Origin: Octopus vulgaris
Lineage: Eukaryota
Reading direction: 5' to 3'
Length of the DNA: 64,000 nt
Assembly: GCA_951406725.2 (NCBI GenBank)
Contig: OX597821.1
Location: 53,940,001 to 54,004,000 of the forward strand
Shown: one piece after another, positions 38,370 through 52,937 of the stretch
Layout of the letters: every line of letters starts with the position of its first letter
Position numbering within the stretch: position 1 is the stretch's first letter
Translations under genes and position numbers: made by a program
Notes under the pieces: model-generated
Databases searched by the model: none
Seen by the model: the letters and a program-made list of their open reading frames with translations, nothing else
What the model was told of the DNA's origin: nothing

Positions 38370-39494
38370 ATAGAATGTCAAAATCTTGCTCAACTTAAAA
38401 GAAAATGATAGCCAATCTGAAAAAAGAACAGCTCTCTTGGCTCAAGAGCTGGCAGGACTGAACGTTGATGTTGCTGCTTTGAATATGTAATGAGACTTCC
38501 AAGAGAAAGAATAATTGAAGAATTCGGTTCAGGTTGCACCATCTTTTGGAATGCAAAGGAAAGAGAATGTAATTTACTTGGAAATAGTTTTAATGAAAGG
38601 AGAAGGCTGGGGCTGGTGAGGGACTATCAACTCACTCCAGCAGCCACCAATGAAAGATTTATAACTCTTTGTGTCTCATCTCTGGAGATAGCTTCATCAC
38701 TTTCACATACTCTCAACACTCATGAAGATATTGATCAGTTTTACCAGTAACTAAACACTTCCCTTTCTAAAGTGCTGCCTGAAGACAAGCTCATCTTGCT
38801 TGGTGATTTCAATACCAGAGTAGTAAAGAATTGCTTACTGCAGAAAAAATGTTATGGGTAAGCATGCCATCAGAATTTGCAATGAAAACAGACAATAAAT
38901 TCTCGGACTCAGCACAGAGCATGAACTCTTCATTACAACACTCAAATCTAGCTCCAAAATCGATTTATAACTATAACATTTACCCATACTGGACACACAC
39001 CATTACTAAGCATTCACATATACTAGACTACATCATTACTGAGCAATGTGATAAGAAAGACATTATTATCACCAAGGCAGCAAGAAAGACAGATGACTGT
39101 TCGATGGACAACAAACTCTTCATCAGCTGATTCAGAATTTCTGTCTTCTTAAGGTATCCTCTTCAAGAGTCTGCCAAGAAGAAAGTTCAATACATCAAAA
39201 CCAAGCCAAGAATTACATCAAAGGTTGGCAGACAAAGAGCTCCACCAACGAAGTGCACAACTATTCTTTTAATTATTTCAGTCACTTGACTGGGCGATGC
39301 TGGAGTACTGCCTTAAAGGGTGTTTTAGTCAAAGGAAATGACTCCAGGACCTATTCTTTACAAGCCTGGTACTTATTTTATTGGCCTCCTTTGCTGAACT
39401 GGTAAGTTACAGGGATGTAAACACATCAACATTGGTTGTCAAGTGATGGGAGTGGGGACAAACACAGAAACAGAGGCACACAGAAATATATACT

Positions 39495-39525
<31 letters not shown>

Positions 39526-40270
39526 AGGCTTCTTTCAGTTTCTGTCTACCAAATCCACTCACAAGGCTTTGGTGGACCCAAGGCTATAGAAGAAGACACT
39601 TGCCCAAAATGCCACACAGTGGGACTGAACCCAGAGCCATCTGGTTGGGAAACAAGCATCTTACCACACAGACATGCCTGCAGCTTATCTGAAATGTTAT
39701 TTACAAAGCAGCTGAGGACTCCATTGGCTTCACATAAAGGATTGGTTAGATGAAAGCATCAAATAAATCTCAGAAGAGATACTTGCCTCTTCTTTGAACA
39801 ATAATTTACCTTGATCATAAAGAAAAAATGTTTCCAAGGTCTCACATAGGCGTGTAAAACTCATATTAAGGAGATTAAAAACAAGTGGTGGTCAGAAAAC
39901 ACTACTGAAGTCCAACAATGTGCAGATACTGTGGATCTTAGAAATTTCTACATCTGTACCAATGAGTTACACAGCCCAATCCCAAACTTCAATGGATATT
40001 TTGAAGAATGCCTATGTCAACATTATTACTGACATTTTGAGCCACTTATGTCTTCTAAATAGGACTTCAGTGCAGCAGCAGATTTTCTTAGAACTGTGCC
40101 TCAATATCCTCCTTAATCATGAATGTCGAACCCTCATGAAGTCAGTGATACCATCAAAATATCCAAACAAGGAAATCATCTGTTCCAGACATGATCCCTC
40201 TAGTATTTGTTCATAATGTTGGCCATCTTAAAGAATGTAACTACTTAAACTCATCTTGAGAATGTGGGAA
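38370..40270 (+). mobile_element. Decayed RTE LINE (APE domain and start of RT), split by a SINE
   Basis: RTALLAQELAGLNVDVAAL, KLILLGDFNTRV, HSHILDYII; continues after 39682 with IKNKWW-like sequence. Confidence 0.75.
39264..39682 (-). mobile_element. SINE family A, near full length
   Basis: Reverse complement of the 11648-12056 consensus with an internal (TA)n tract. Confidence 0.88.
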
Positions 40271-40311
40271 ACCAAATGGTACTTGAAAAGAAAAGTCAGC
40301 CTTAGCTGGAT

Positions 40312-40541
40312 TTAACCTTTTTTTTACCATATTTCTGTAGAGATATTCTGAGTTTCTTTCAATTAATTTTAAATATAACAAAGAATTTCGTAAAATAACC
40401 CAGTTATCATTAAGCTAGTGTTAGAAATATAAATTATGACTAAGGTTTGCTGGAAGATTTTAATTCAGAACTTTTGAAAACACGACATTTGCACTACAGA
40501 GCCAGAAGCAATTTAAGCTGGATTGGTATCAAAATGGTTAA
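40312..40541. mobile_element. TTAA-flanked (piggyBac-like) MITE
   Basis: ttaacc...tacca at left and tggtatcaaaatggttaa at right. Confidence 0.6.
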
Positions 40542-43466
40542 ACACATGAGAAAGAGCTGAAACAAATACTACCAGGGAATTTTCTCATGCCCTAACATTC
40601 TAACTTAACTAAAAGGTGATATATATATATATATATATATTGGAATTAGTTAGAGATATGGATTATGATCGAGTTTGTATTTTAAATATCATTTTCATCA
40701 TTTTCAGATGAGAAATAAAAGAAAATATTTGTTTTGTTCTTAATTTATTAATATTTTAGTGTCTATACTCAAATATTTCCATAGAAGACTTATATTTCAT
40801 TCTTCTTAAATAAATATAAATAGTGCCAGCATAGGTTCAAGTTCAGTTTTTATAAGACATTTTCTCAAAACTTTACATCAAAGTATCAACTAACATTAAA
40901 AAAATCAATATGTGTTTCTGTTTTCATAGACTGGAAAAGCTGACTAAATATTGGAGATAGACATCTTCAGAATGAAATGTTGATAACAAAATCAGTCACA
41001 TTTCTTCTTTAGAGATCTTTAGATTTGTGGTGGTTCTACAAATGATACGAGCATGTGTAACTTATATTTAAAAGGGATAATAGCTGTTCCTTTTAGAGAA
41101 GATACAAAAGATTGTTAAGTAATCTTTGCTTGATATAGAATGCGGACAATTACACATGCAAAATCAATTTAGCAGTCAAGAAACTGTTCTTTTTACTATT
41201 ATTACATACACCTAATGAATATGGAATTGACTCTACCCATGTAATGTTATTCACAAATATAATATCCCTCTCAAATAAATATAAATTAAGCTGCCAAGCT
41301 TATCATCTCTTCTGCTTACAACAATTAATAAAAAGGCAAGAAAAAAGTCATTGATTGAAATAGAACGTGAAACAGTAGAGAGAAAATTCACAAGAAAGAA
41401 TGAGATATTTTAAAGTTTACAATCTGCCTCTAAGAATATCTTTCTACTAACAAGGGGAAATAAAAAAAAAAAAGGTTTCAAGAAAACAAATTTTCTTTCT
41501 TGATTGAGTAAAACATACATAAATGAACATATGTAGATAATGTAAAAAATATTATATACATATAATGTATTAATAAATGACAGAAAAATGAAGTATTATT
41601 AAAATATTCAGCTTTCAAATTTCAGTTAAGTGCTTTTAAAATGCATTTAACTTTACCTGAGAATAATTTCTGAATTTTATAGTTTTCTTATCTTTATGAT
41701 CATTTTCTTTTTTTTTTTTTTTTGTAATACCACCAGCATCACCATGATCATCATATCTTAGTTTTTATTTAAATTCTAAGCTTTCAAATCAATCATTAAC
41801 TTTAGGCTTCCTACGAAGTGTCCTTGAAGAAATTATACTACATTTCCTACAATAAGGTAAAAACTGTGAAAGTAGAAGATTACTAACAAGGTTCGTAGAA
41901 TTGATGTGATAGGCTATCATCACAGTAACTAAAATGAATAGATAAATTTCATATGATGTAGGGAGGCGGATGGTAAATAAAATCTATGAGTGTTCTAGTT
42001 TAAATTTAATTGAAAGCTTCACTGATTGTATGATGCAGATAATACCATCAGTGAAAGTGTAATTAAGATAATGTTCAGGTATAGAACTTCAAGATACAAA
42101 TTCATGTATCAAGAGAAGTCATTCATGAATTGTGTTGTCTCTGAGAAGCAGTACAATTGATTACATGATTATAATGAATTGTAATGTTGTTATAGTGAAG
42201 CAGTGCTATTCGCTACACGACTACCAGTTCTACCTCTCTACATATTCTGTACAGTTTCCATCTGTGCTGTGTTTCTTAACAACCAATATATACCAACTGC
42301 ACTGTATTTTTAAAAAGCTCAATGTCTATAATGCTGTACCTCTTAGCAACCCCTTTATACTTATTGCATTGTTTCTCTCAGAAATTTGATAGAAATAGTA
42401 GCTAAATTTCCATCAAATCATATCTTGACATTAAAATAAAAAAGACAAACACGTTAGATAATTTTTTTCAAGATATGATTGTATTTTACACTGATTTGAT
42501 CCATTCAAACTGCCAGAGGCAATATTTACAATGTGTGTAAAATATGTCCAGTGAAATGACCAACTTTTTGACATTTTTACTGGACATTTAGACAAAGCTG
42601 TGTTTCATTCAATCCATCTCTTATTTTGGTTGATTTCTGTTCTTTATGACTAAGAACATGAAATCCCATAGCTTGGAAGATGGCTAACTTAGCTCAACTT
42701 CACTGATGCTATCACTTTAATTGCAGCCAGTTGCACACACAGTATGACAGTCTTCAGTGAAGCAGCACTAAAATCGCATTTCAAAAGATTTATCTCTTTG
42801 AAGAGCCACCCATCAAGACAGGAGATCAACAAATAGATGCTATAAAGATCATTTATCAGAGCGGTACAGTTGATAGTAAAATACAGTTTGGTAGAGAAGA
42901 CAAAATTAGTAAAACTTAAAGCTGTTTTATTCACATCATGTTGCTAGTTTAGAAATCCAACAAGATCGATATAAAGATAAAAAAAAAATCTTAAAGGATA
43001 AAGTTCTTTCAGCATCCATTTATGCTAATGAAACCAGGAAAAGAAGAGCAAAGATATTCCCTGGCATTAAATTATACAACCCAAAATATCATCAGAAATT
43101 GCTTTAAAATGTAAAAGAGATTAAATGAATAGAAAGAAGTCTTTTTATCTTTTTATTTGGGAAGGTCATATTGGTTTATATGCAATCCAATAATCAGGTT
43201 GTATCAAAAACATAATTATTAAACATATGAAAAATGTAATTATAGATAGATATTGTGAAAACTAAGGTTTTAATAATAGATATGATGTCATACCAAATCT
43301 ATCACATGATATATCAATTAGTAAAAATAGATGAGGATGAAAGAAAATGTTAACAAGAATCAATAAACTATTATAAACTATTATCTTTTCTTACCAGAAC
43401 CAGATTAGGAATGTATAAACATATCAGAAATGATGAAATACGTTAATAAACAAGTATTCTCTTGGT

Positions 43467-44307
43467 TGTGATTGCTCAACCATTTTTTATCTATGGATCC
43501 CTTTGATTACTATTTTATTTTGGTGGACCACACCCCATAGCCACATGAAGTTTAAAAACTAGTTTTATAGAAACTTCTTTCAAAATTCCTCAGGTTCACT
43601 CACACCATGTTGCACATAGGGCAAGTGCCTCCTACTGTAGTCTTCAACTGCCTTGTGAGTGAATCGGATTGACAGAATCTGAAAGAAGCTCATAGTATAT
43701 GTGTGTATGTATACATATACAGATGTATGTATGTTGTGCCTATATTTTAGCTCTGTAGCACACCAACAGATGACAGTACATAGCTGTGTATACAGTGAGA
43801 GTTAGCAGTAACCTTCATGAGGCAGTGTGCCAAGTGACATCACTGTTTCTTATTTCTTTACTGCCCACTAGGGGCTGATCATAGAGAGGACAAACAAGGA
43901 CGGACAAAGGGATTAAGTCGATTATATCGACCCCAGTGCATATCTGGTACTTAATTTATTGATCCCGAAAGGATGAAAAGCAAAGTCGACCTCAGCGGAA
44001 TTTGAACTCAGAACTTAGTGGCAGACGAAATACCACTATGCATTTCGCACAAGCACTTCAAAAGTGGAAGAACGTCCCTGAAAGATGATAGAAACTTCTT
44101 TCAAAATTCCTGTTTTGTTTTTCGCACATTAACTTAGGTAGGTTGAAAATGTTAGAGAAAGAAACCTAACTGTTACTTGCAATACATACCACTACATACA
44201 TCTAAAGCAAAATTCTTTCAGGGGCCCTTAAAATGCTTGGATCCCTAATTTACTATTTTGTTATATGGACCCTCAGGGTTCATAAGGACCCTGGTTGAGA
44301 ATTACTG
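43467..44307. mobile_element. hAT-like MITE split in two halves (43467-43590 and 44088-44307)
   Basis: Ends tgtgattgctcaacc / ggttgagaattactg; 24-bp duplication atagaaacttctttcaaaattcct at the break. Confidence 0.55.
43851..44050 (-). mobile_element. SINE family B, 5'-truncated
   Basis: Matches 3228-3420. Confidence 0.88.
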
Positions 44308-44384
44308 CTTTAACATTTAAAAAGGCCAAAATATTCTTTGTTTTATGCTCCAATAGGCCAGATCTAACCTCTCACACTTGGAAG

Positions 44385-45045
44385 CACAGCCACAGGCATC
44401 CCTCCACCACACCCCACCGGAAATGAGGAGAAAATTCATCAGCTTGTCCATGAGGGTCGTCGGATGAAAATCAACAACATTGCTAATGTTGTTGGTCTGT
44501 CATATAGTTCCAGGCAGGCAATCCTAACATCTGGATTCTTCATGACGACAATGCACCTTCACTGAGCTCACCTCACTTGTGAGTTTCTTACTAAAAACAA
44601 TTTGTTATCACTTCCACACCCACTATATTTGCCAGATTTAGCACTTGCAGATTTCCATCTCTTCTGGAAGATGAAAACACAGCTCAAAGGTCGCTGTTTT
44701 AACACCATTGTCAAAATCAAGAGTGAATCGCAAAAGGTCCTCAACTTCTTTATGGAAAATGACTTCCAAGCCAGATGTTTTGTTGCAGGAATGTTGAGAC
44801 TGGTGACTATTTTGAAGAAACTGATGTTAAACTTAGGTAATTAAGTTATTTTTTGTTAAAAATGAATTAATCCCCGTAACATTAGTGGTTCGGCAAAAGA
44901 GACCTGTAGAATAAGTACTAGGCTTACAAAGAATAAGTCCTGAGGTCGATTTGCTCAACTAAAAGGCAGTGCTCCAGCACGGCCACAGTCAAATGACTGA
45001 AACAAGTAAAAGAGTAATCCAGGAACTCTTTGATACCACCTCATG
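44385..45045 (+). mobile_element. Decayed, internally deleted mariner (5' piece at ~44050-44087)
   Basis: KIHQLVHEGRRMKINNIA, WILHDDNAPS, HPLYLPDLALADFHLFWKMKTQLKGRCF; TIR-like ggaactctttgataccacctc; a SINE A 3' half is inserted at 44872-45015. Confidence 0.8.
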
Positions 45046-45889
45046 TATGTGTGTCTGTGTGTGTGCGTGTGTGTGTGTGTGTTAAAGCAGTGAGGAAAGG
45101 CAAACAATTAAGCAAGACATGTCAAGAATATTTAATTTAAATTAATTCAGTCTAATCTAGCTACATAACGAATGGTTAAAGATAGGAAAAAACATTGTTT
45201 ATGACAGCTGTCTCTGCGATATCTCAGTTATTGGAGAATTATATTGAGCAAAGATTCTGTAAGTTGGGTATTCCATAATTGGAGAGATATAAGTAAGACA
45301 GTGGAAGAAAGTTCTCAATCAATGATATTTGTTGTAGTTCATTATGTCCAGGAAGGTGGAAGGGTCTAATTAAACCCAGTTAGATTGGGTGTTTTTTCAG
45401 TAAATCCATGATCAGAAAGCATGGTTATGTAGAACACCATGGATCTAAGAATATGAGATCTTTCAGCTATGAATAAGCTGCATTTCTTACACCCATTATC
45501 ATATAGCTTGGATTTCTCCACAATTATCCCCTTAATTTTATGTGGTGTGGAGTTGATCTCCACACACATCCAGCTAACTCAGTTGCATTACTTTTGTTGA
45601 TGTGCTAGAAAGATAGGTGGCTGGCATACATATTTTTGAAACCAACTTCACATAACCCAATGTAATTCTTCTTTCCAATGAAGTTATCTTGAGAGTTTAT
45701 CATATATACCTTGACATGTGGGCAAGACTCAGGACCATAAAAGTTACAAATGGAAGTGGGCTGTTGGTGATTTTCATGAGTTATAATATTCTTGATATTG
45801 AGGTATCAGTTCTATGACATTTTAAATAAGCATGCACACACTTATACAAGCATACAGATAGATAGATATGCATACACACACATATATAT

Positions 45890-46042
45890 GGAGCAGCTGT
45901 CTGGTAAGAAGCTTGCTTCCCAACTACATGGGTCCAGATTTGGTCCCACTGCATTCCACCTTGGTAATTATCTTCTACTATAGCCTCGGGCCAATCGAAT
46001 CCTTGTGAATGGATTTGGTAGAAGGAAACTGAAAGAAGCTTG

Positions 46043-46091
<49 letters not shown>

Positions 46092-46340
46092 TACACACAC
46101 ACATATATACATATATATATATTTGTATGTGTGTGTGTCTGTGTTTGTTCCCAACCATCACTTGACAACTGGTGTTGGTGTGTTTATGTCCCCATAACTT
46201 AACAGTTTGACAAAACTGACTGACTGACAGAATAAGTACTAGGTTTACAAACAATAAGCCCTGGGGTCGATTTTTTCAACTAAAGGCGATGCTCCAGCTC
46301 GGCCACAGTCAAATGACTGAAACAAGTAAAAGAATAAAAG
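45890..46340 (+). mobile_element. SINE family A, near full length
   Basis: Family A consensus with an expanded internal (TA)n tract. Confidence 0.88.
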
Positions 46341-46672
46341 AATATATATGATGTATGTGTGTAAGTGTGAATATATCTGCATGTATTTGTGTCTATGTCT
46401 GTGTTGGAGTAAAGTCTTTCTATGTCCTGTAACTTAGTAGTCCCCAAACAAAGATCAATATTACCAGACTGAATTATAATTAGTTTTGTTATGATTGACA
46501 CAGCCCTTGAAAGCAAGCCCCCGGGATGTTGAATCAGTCTTTTACTAAAGACTAGCTATTAGTATATGTTTAAAATGAATTTCTTATACTACTAACAAAT
46601 AGCATTTCAAGATTAAAATCACTTCAAGTATTCAACTATTATATATACATATACTTATACATACTTATACAT

Positions 46673-46723
<51 letters not shown>

Positions 46724-46767
46724 TATACTTATACATACACATATATATATGTGTGTGTGTATATATA

Positions 46768-46836
<69 letters not shown>

Positions 46837-49656
46837 ATATAAACTAAAATAAGAATCATTATTCAACTGAGTCAATACATTTAACGACAGTAAATCACGA
46901 AGTAGGCCCTGTTGAAAGATATTAGAATATCTATGAATTTATTTAGTAAAGAATATTTTATAAGTAAATAATAATAATTCTAATTATCAAAAGGAATTTT
47001 AGATAGGCAAATAATGAATCTCTTTATCAAAAATAGGCAAACAAATATTCCAAAATAAATTATGGAACAGTTTCTATTAGTTTTGTCTCATTATAAAGAG
47101 AAGATTTAATCATGCTATATCTTATTATTGTTAAATTCTTTAACAAGAATCAAAATCTTCTCAGACTTCCTATTAAGCTTTGTTGCAAAACTTGAATAGG
47201 ATATAGGAAAATCATAGAAAGAATTGCCATTGAACAATACTGCAATTGTGAATAAATTATCAAGTAACAAATAATTCACATCACATTTGTGTGTGTATAG
47301 AAGTTAAGAAGATTATCCCAAAATATTTCAAAGAAAGTGAAATCTTCTGGTGAAGCTAAACGTTTTCTCAGAGGTCAGCTAAAAGGAATCATTCAGAAAC
47401 CTGTGTCACAACTACAGGAGAAATAGATGCAATATCTGATAGATTAGATAGTAAAAGAAAAAAAAAAAACGTATTTTACTAAGAGTAAAACTGAGAAAAT
47501 AAACGATGACAGTGCTTGATGATGTAGGGTAGCCATAGTAATCTCTTTGCTTCTGTTAGATTTATAGCAGAGATCTGTCATGAACAGAACCAATAAAACA
47601 TCTGAGATATTTATTTATTTTCTTTACCAATGAAGAAATACAATTTTTATGTGTTGCCATTTAGCCCCTGGTCAGCTCTGAGATAGGTGATCTACAGTCA
47701 AAGACAACCCAATCATGATTGCTCTAACTCTTTATTGGGTAGAGGAGGTAAAATCTAGCAGTGGCTGTTATTACAGGATGGGTTACTGTATTGCACATAA
47801 AACTCTGGCATAAGTATTGGCATGGGCAAATTGCAATGACTGAAACAAGTGAAAAAAAAAAAAAAAATTTCAGATAATTACTATGACTAATACAACTTGA
47901 GTATGACTTAATTAGTATTTCTGAGCATGCATTATTAGATTTGAAAAAAATTTCAACCAGATTCAATTATAAACTTGTAAGAACAAAATGATTATAAAGA
48001 AACATTTCCACCTTTGGTAGGTATATAGAACTCAGGAAAACCAATAGAATATATACATGGTAATTAGATTGAATTATCTGTTTCTTTCCCTTATTTTAAG
48101 ACAATGAGATAAGATTTGAATGCGGTTTGGCGACTGTTCCTAGAGCATTGACTTGCCATATATAATGTTGTTCATAAGTTTATTAGTTCTCCAACAGAGT
48201 CACCTAATCTAAGCTATGTCAGTGGTATTGGTCAGAATATGAATCACTGGTAGGCCCAGTTATAAGGATTAGTATCATGGGTTAGTGTTAAATGTTATAT
48301 AGTAGTCAGTAGTAGATGTGTGTGGCATTGGTCTGTGTAATTGGTCAGTGGTAAGTATCAGTCACATGGCTTAATGATAGTGGTCAGTGATAGAAATCAT
48401 TGGTAGTAGAGATATGATTGAATGGTATATGTTAGTGGAATAATTCAGTAGTTGTAATCAGAGTATGGGTAAATGGTAGAAATCAGTTGGTACAATTCAA
48501 TGGTCACAGATTAGTGGTATTAGTATTACTCATATTCAGTTTTGATTTATTTATTAGTTTTAATCCTTCAAAGAAACATAAAATCAGACTACATAATTGT
48601 GCAGGAGTGTCAAACGTATGGCTTATAAGCTAGATCCAGCCTAGATCAATGTTTAGTCTAACCTATAGCTCAATTTTATGTAAAAAAATATATATATATT
48701 ATTGTTATATAAATTTTAGAATATTTATCAATAGTATGCAATCAGGGTTGGAATCTTACTAGTGTCATGATTAACATTGTTTTTTTTGCTTTTTTTTAAA
48801 ATAAAAATCAGTGGTCCTGAGGAAATCCTTAATCTCAACTAAAAGGAAAAGAAGCTTATTAATCTATGTCCTAAAAATTACTTATTCCTCCTTCATTTTG
48901 CTTACACATGACAAGCCAAACTAAAGAAGGGTTTTTGTTGTTATTTTGTATCAATTTTACATTTTTTGTCACAATGGGTTCTAGCGGTATGAATGATACT
49001 GGAAGATCAGAGTAAGCTTTCTACCAAGCATTGATTTTTTTCAATAAAAGTATGCTACCATTTCAATAATTTCTATCAATTCTCACTCTAAGGACTCTTA
49101 CTTTACAGGACTGTATATATACTACATGGATGAGATTTTCTGCACACAAATTTTGCTAACATGCTATATTCTTTACTTCATTTATTTGTTAATATTGTTA
49201 AAGTTATAATCTATGTTGGCTTGCATTATGAATAGGGTTTTTAGAAATCATTGTCTTTTATCTGGTTTGCAAAATTTTGTTTATGCTTCAAACTGGATCA
49301 AAATGCCAAATGAGTTGGAAACACTTTTACTATAATATGGAGTATATCTAATGTAAAGGAAGTACAAGATTTTACAGGAGACTGTATATACAAAGAAATA
49401 TTGTAGACCAAGGCCTAAGCAAATGTTTTAAAAGTTTTTTTTCATGAGCAGAAAAAGAGGCAGTGTTTTCCCTTTGACTGCCTGGGGAGAAATTGTATCA
49501 ATATTTATTTATAACAATCTATTTTGTCCAATTTCACAGAAAGTGTAAAATAAAAGCTGGAGCCACAGTTATGATAGTTATACTCTTTAGTAAATATTTA
49601 ATTGTCAAAACAACCTGCTTAGCATATCAGTAATTACTTAATAATTGCAGATATTT

Positions 49657-50030
49657 TGTGTGGTAAGTAGCTTGCTAACCAACCACTTGGTTCCGGGTTC
49701 AGTCCCACTGCGTGGTACCTTGGGCAAGTGTCTTCTGCTATAGCCCCGGGCCGACCAATGCCTTGTGAGTGGATTTGGTTGACGGAAACTGAAAGAAGCC
49801 TGTCGTATATATGTATATATATGTATGTGTGTGTCTGTGTTTGTCCCCCTAGCATAGCTTGACAACCGATGCTGGTGTGTTTATGTCCCTGTCACTTAGC
49901 AGTTCGGCAAAAGAGACCGATAGAATAAGTACTAGGCTTACAAAGAATAAGTCCCGGGATCGATTTGCTCGACTAAAGGCGGTGCTCCAGCATGGCCACA
50001 GTCAAATGACTGAAACAACTAAAAAGAGTA
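49657..50030 (+). mobile_element. SINE family A (slightly 5'-truncated)
   Basis: High similarity to 11648-12056. Confidence 0.92.
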
Positions 50031-50250
50031 AATACAGAAGAAAAAGAAAGAGATGTATGGCAGAACATCAAGAAATGTATGCGTATTAAGCTTGTGTATG
50101 TGTGCAAGTGTTTTTACGTATGTATGTTTGCATGTACAAATGTTTCTATATGAGTAGATATAAATCTATCATGGACTCTCCAGTTGTTAGACGACATGTG
50201 GGTTCAGTAATTTCTTTCCAAACAAGATGATTTGCTTATAGTGATCAAAC

Positions 50251-50645
50251 ACTCTTTACTCTTTTACTTGTTTCAGTCATTTGACTGTGGCCATGCTGGA
50301 GCACTGCCTTTAGTCAAGCAAATCGACCCCAGGACTTATTCTTTGTAAGCCTAGTACTAATTCTATTGGCTATTTTTCCCGAACCGCTAAGTTACAGCGA
50401 CGTAAAGACACCAGCATCGGTTGTCAAGTGATGTTTGGGGGACAAACACAGACACACAAACATATATATATATACATATATACGACGGGCTTTTCTCAGC
50501 TTCTGTCAACCAAATCTACTCACAAGGCTTTGGTTGACCTGAGGCTATAGTAGAAGACACTTGCCCAAGGTACCACACAGTGGGACTGAACCCAGAACCA
50601 TGCGGTTGGTAAGCAAGCTACTTACCACACAGCCACTCCTGTGCC
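50251..50645 (-). mobile_element. SINE family A, full length, inverted relative to 49657-50030
   Basis: Reverse complement of the consensus; tail-to-tail with the previous copy across a ~220-bp gap. Confidence 0.92.
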
Positions 50646-50911
50646 TATGCTTGTGTTCACATAAGCTCACTCCATCCTTCAAATCAACATTATCTGAATA
50701 GTTGCACAGTGTGCCACATATCAGATGATGAAATGATTGCATAGCAATCTGAAATGAAGTGTTTTGCTCAAGAACACAATGCAACGCTCGGTCTGGGAAT
50801 CAAACCCATGATTTCACAATCATAAATGCAACACCCTAACTACTAATCCATGTGCCTTCACATATAAATCTATATGCATATACATATATATAAATATATT
50901 GTGTATATGTA

Positions 50912-51756
50912 CAGGGTGTGATGGGTAAATTGTCATTATTTCATATTTTTAATTTCACACATGCACATTGTTTGATTTTTGATTTTGTTGACTATACAGT
51001 ATAGTAGGGTTAGTTGGGCACTGTCTGTTAGGAAAACAGTACCATGACACAATTCACTCTGCTAGAAATTTGGAAACAAAATGCTGTACAGCTTGGCATT
51101 CAGGGTTGAAGCTCCAATATGAACATTTCAGTGTTTGGGTGTCAATCTCAGGACAGTACAAACTGAGAATATGTACTGAAAGTTATAAAAATCAAACATC
51201 CAGTCAACATCATGGTGTTTGGCATTATGCCTCCATTCACCCTTCCACATCGTCTCAGACTCAACATGGAGGCCTACATCAAGTGCCTGGAGGAGGTAGT
51301 GATGCCCTGGATCAAGAGGGTAGATGCTGGAACACCCAATGTCTGGCAACAGGACCCTGCACCATTCCACAGAGGCAGGAGAACCCAGTCATGGCTGTCA
51401 GACAATTTCTTCTACTACATCATCACTAATATCTGACCAGACTGCAGCCTCTTGATTATTATGCAATTGAGTGAGAGACCAACAAAACTCTTTGTAATGC
51501 CAAAGATGAACTGAAAGCAAGAATTATGGTAGCATTCACCAACTTAAACAATTAGACCATCCACAAGAGTTGCAGGAGACTCTGAAGTTGTCTGGAGGCT
51601 CTGGTTGAAACCAATGGGGATTTTATTGAATAAATTAACACTTTAGTATTTCAAGATAATTCTATGTAATTTTGGTAAATATATCTGTTATAATGAGATG
51701 TCAGTGTTATTTTCATTTTTGCGTTATTTAAATAACAGTTTATTCACTGCTCCCTG
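50912..51756 (+). mobile_element. Decayed maT/DD37D-type Tc1-mariner transposon
   Basis: TA-flanked degenerate TIRs cagggtgtgatgggtaaattgtcatt / aataacagtttattcactgctccctg; KHPVNIMVFG..MPPF..LNMEAYIKCLEEVVMPWI..VWQQDPAPFH..TQSWL..PDCSLL. Confidence 0.85.
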
Positions 51757-51894
51757 TATATATTTATGAATGTATTTGCAAATATGTAAGTATATATTGT
51801 GCTTACTATATAGATTAGCAAATCAATCCTAACCTGGATGAGTTGCTTAGGCTGCAGTAAACAATCTGGAAAATCAATTTGTCATTATTGTTAT

Positions 51895-52160
51895 CATCAT
51901 GTAATGTCTGTTTTCCGTGCTGGCATAAGGTAGACAGTCTGACTGGAACTAGTAAGCTGGAGAGTTGTATCATGCTCCAGTCTGTTTTGGAATGATTTCT
52001 GTGGTTGGATGCCCTTATTAATGCCAACCACTCCAAGAGTGTACTGGGTGCCTTTAACGTATCACTGGCATGAGTGCTTTTTACATGTCACCAGCACCAG
52101 TGCTTTTAACATGTCACTGGCAACGGGTGCCTTTCATGCATTACCAGCACTGGCCATAAC
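51895..52160 (-). mobile_element. Family C retroposon fragment
   Basis: tcatcatgtaatgtctgttttccgtgctggcat...ggttggatgccctt. Confidence 0.72.
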
Positions 52161-52713
52161 AATGGTTCAATTAAATTTGATGTATCTTCTCAAGCACAGA
52201 AAATCACCAGTATCGAAATTCTATATCAATTGACTAATTTTTGTTAGCACCAGTGTATGGCACTACCATATCATGTGATTTCACCATATTGCAGATTATC
52301 AGCAGCTGGAAGCCAAGCACCAAAAGCCAGAGAGAAAATCAGTCAAATCTATATAATAGAATACTGGCCAAACAGCCAGTAATGTAGTGAAAAGCTGACA
52401 GGCTGTGTATAAATTAGCTATTAGTGACAGAATTAGCCTTTATAATATATATTAATTAGCACATTGAAATTAACCTGGAAAGATTAATTTTCAAATTTCT
52501 GTCAGCTTATCAATATTCTAATGGCACATATACATACAATCTGTATTAACTTACCAGTGAAGAATCAAGAGAAATGAGCTTCTGTAAACTACATGTGTGG
52601 GCATGTAGGCATCTGTTATAGTGTTACACATCGTGAGACAGTTGTAACAGTACAAATGTAGTTAATAGTTACAGATGAATGGAAAATTAGTGATGGTAGT
52701 TGATGTTTAAGCC

Positions 52714-52937
52714 TTAACCCTTTAGCATTTAAAACAGCCACATCTGGCCCATATATTATGTCTATTTTATGATCAAGCGGGCCAGATCTGGCATTGTATA
52801 CCTACCCTACAATGTCATTCTAAAAATATACACTGACATCATTGAAATCTTTAAGGTACAAGACAATGCCTGAGTAATTCAAAACAATATAAATAAGGAT
52901 CACATTTGAGAAAGTAATCTGAATACCAAAGGGTTAA
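52714..52937. mobile_element. TTAA-flanked (piggyBac-like) MITE
   Basis: ttaaccctttagcatt ... aataccaaagggttaa. Confidence 0.75.

Noticed and set aside
41806-42950. Exon-like, protein-looking frames (FLRSVLEEIILHF...; ORF 42689-42934)
   Set aside because: 6 of 31 stop triplets fall in the best frame, which is not significant depletion; no homology recognised.
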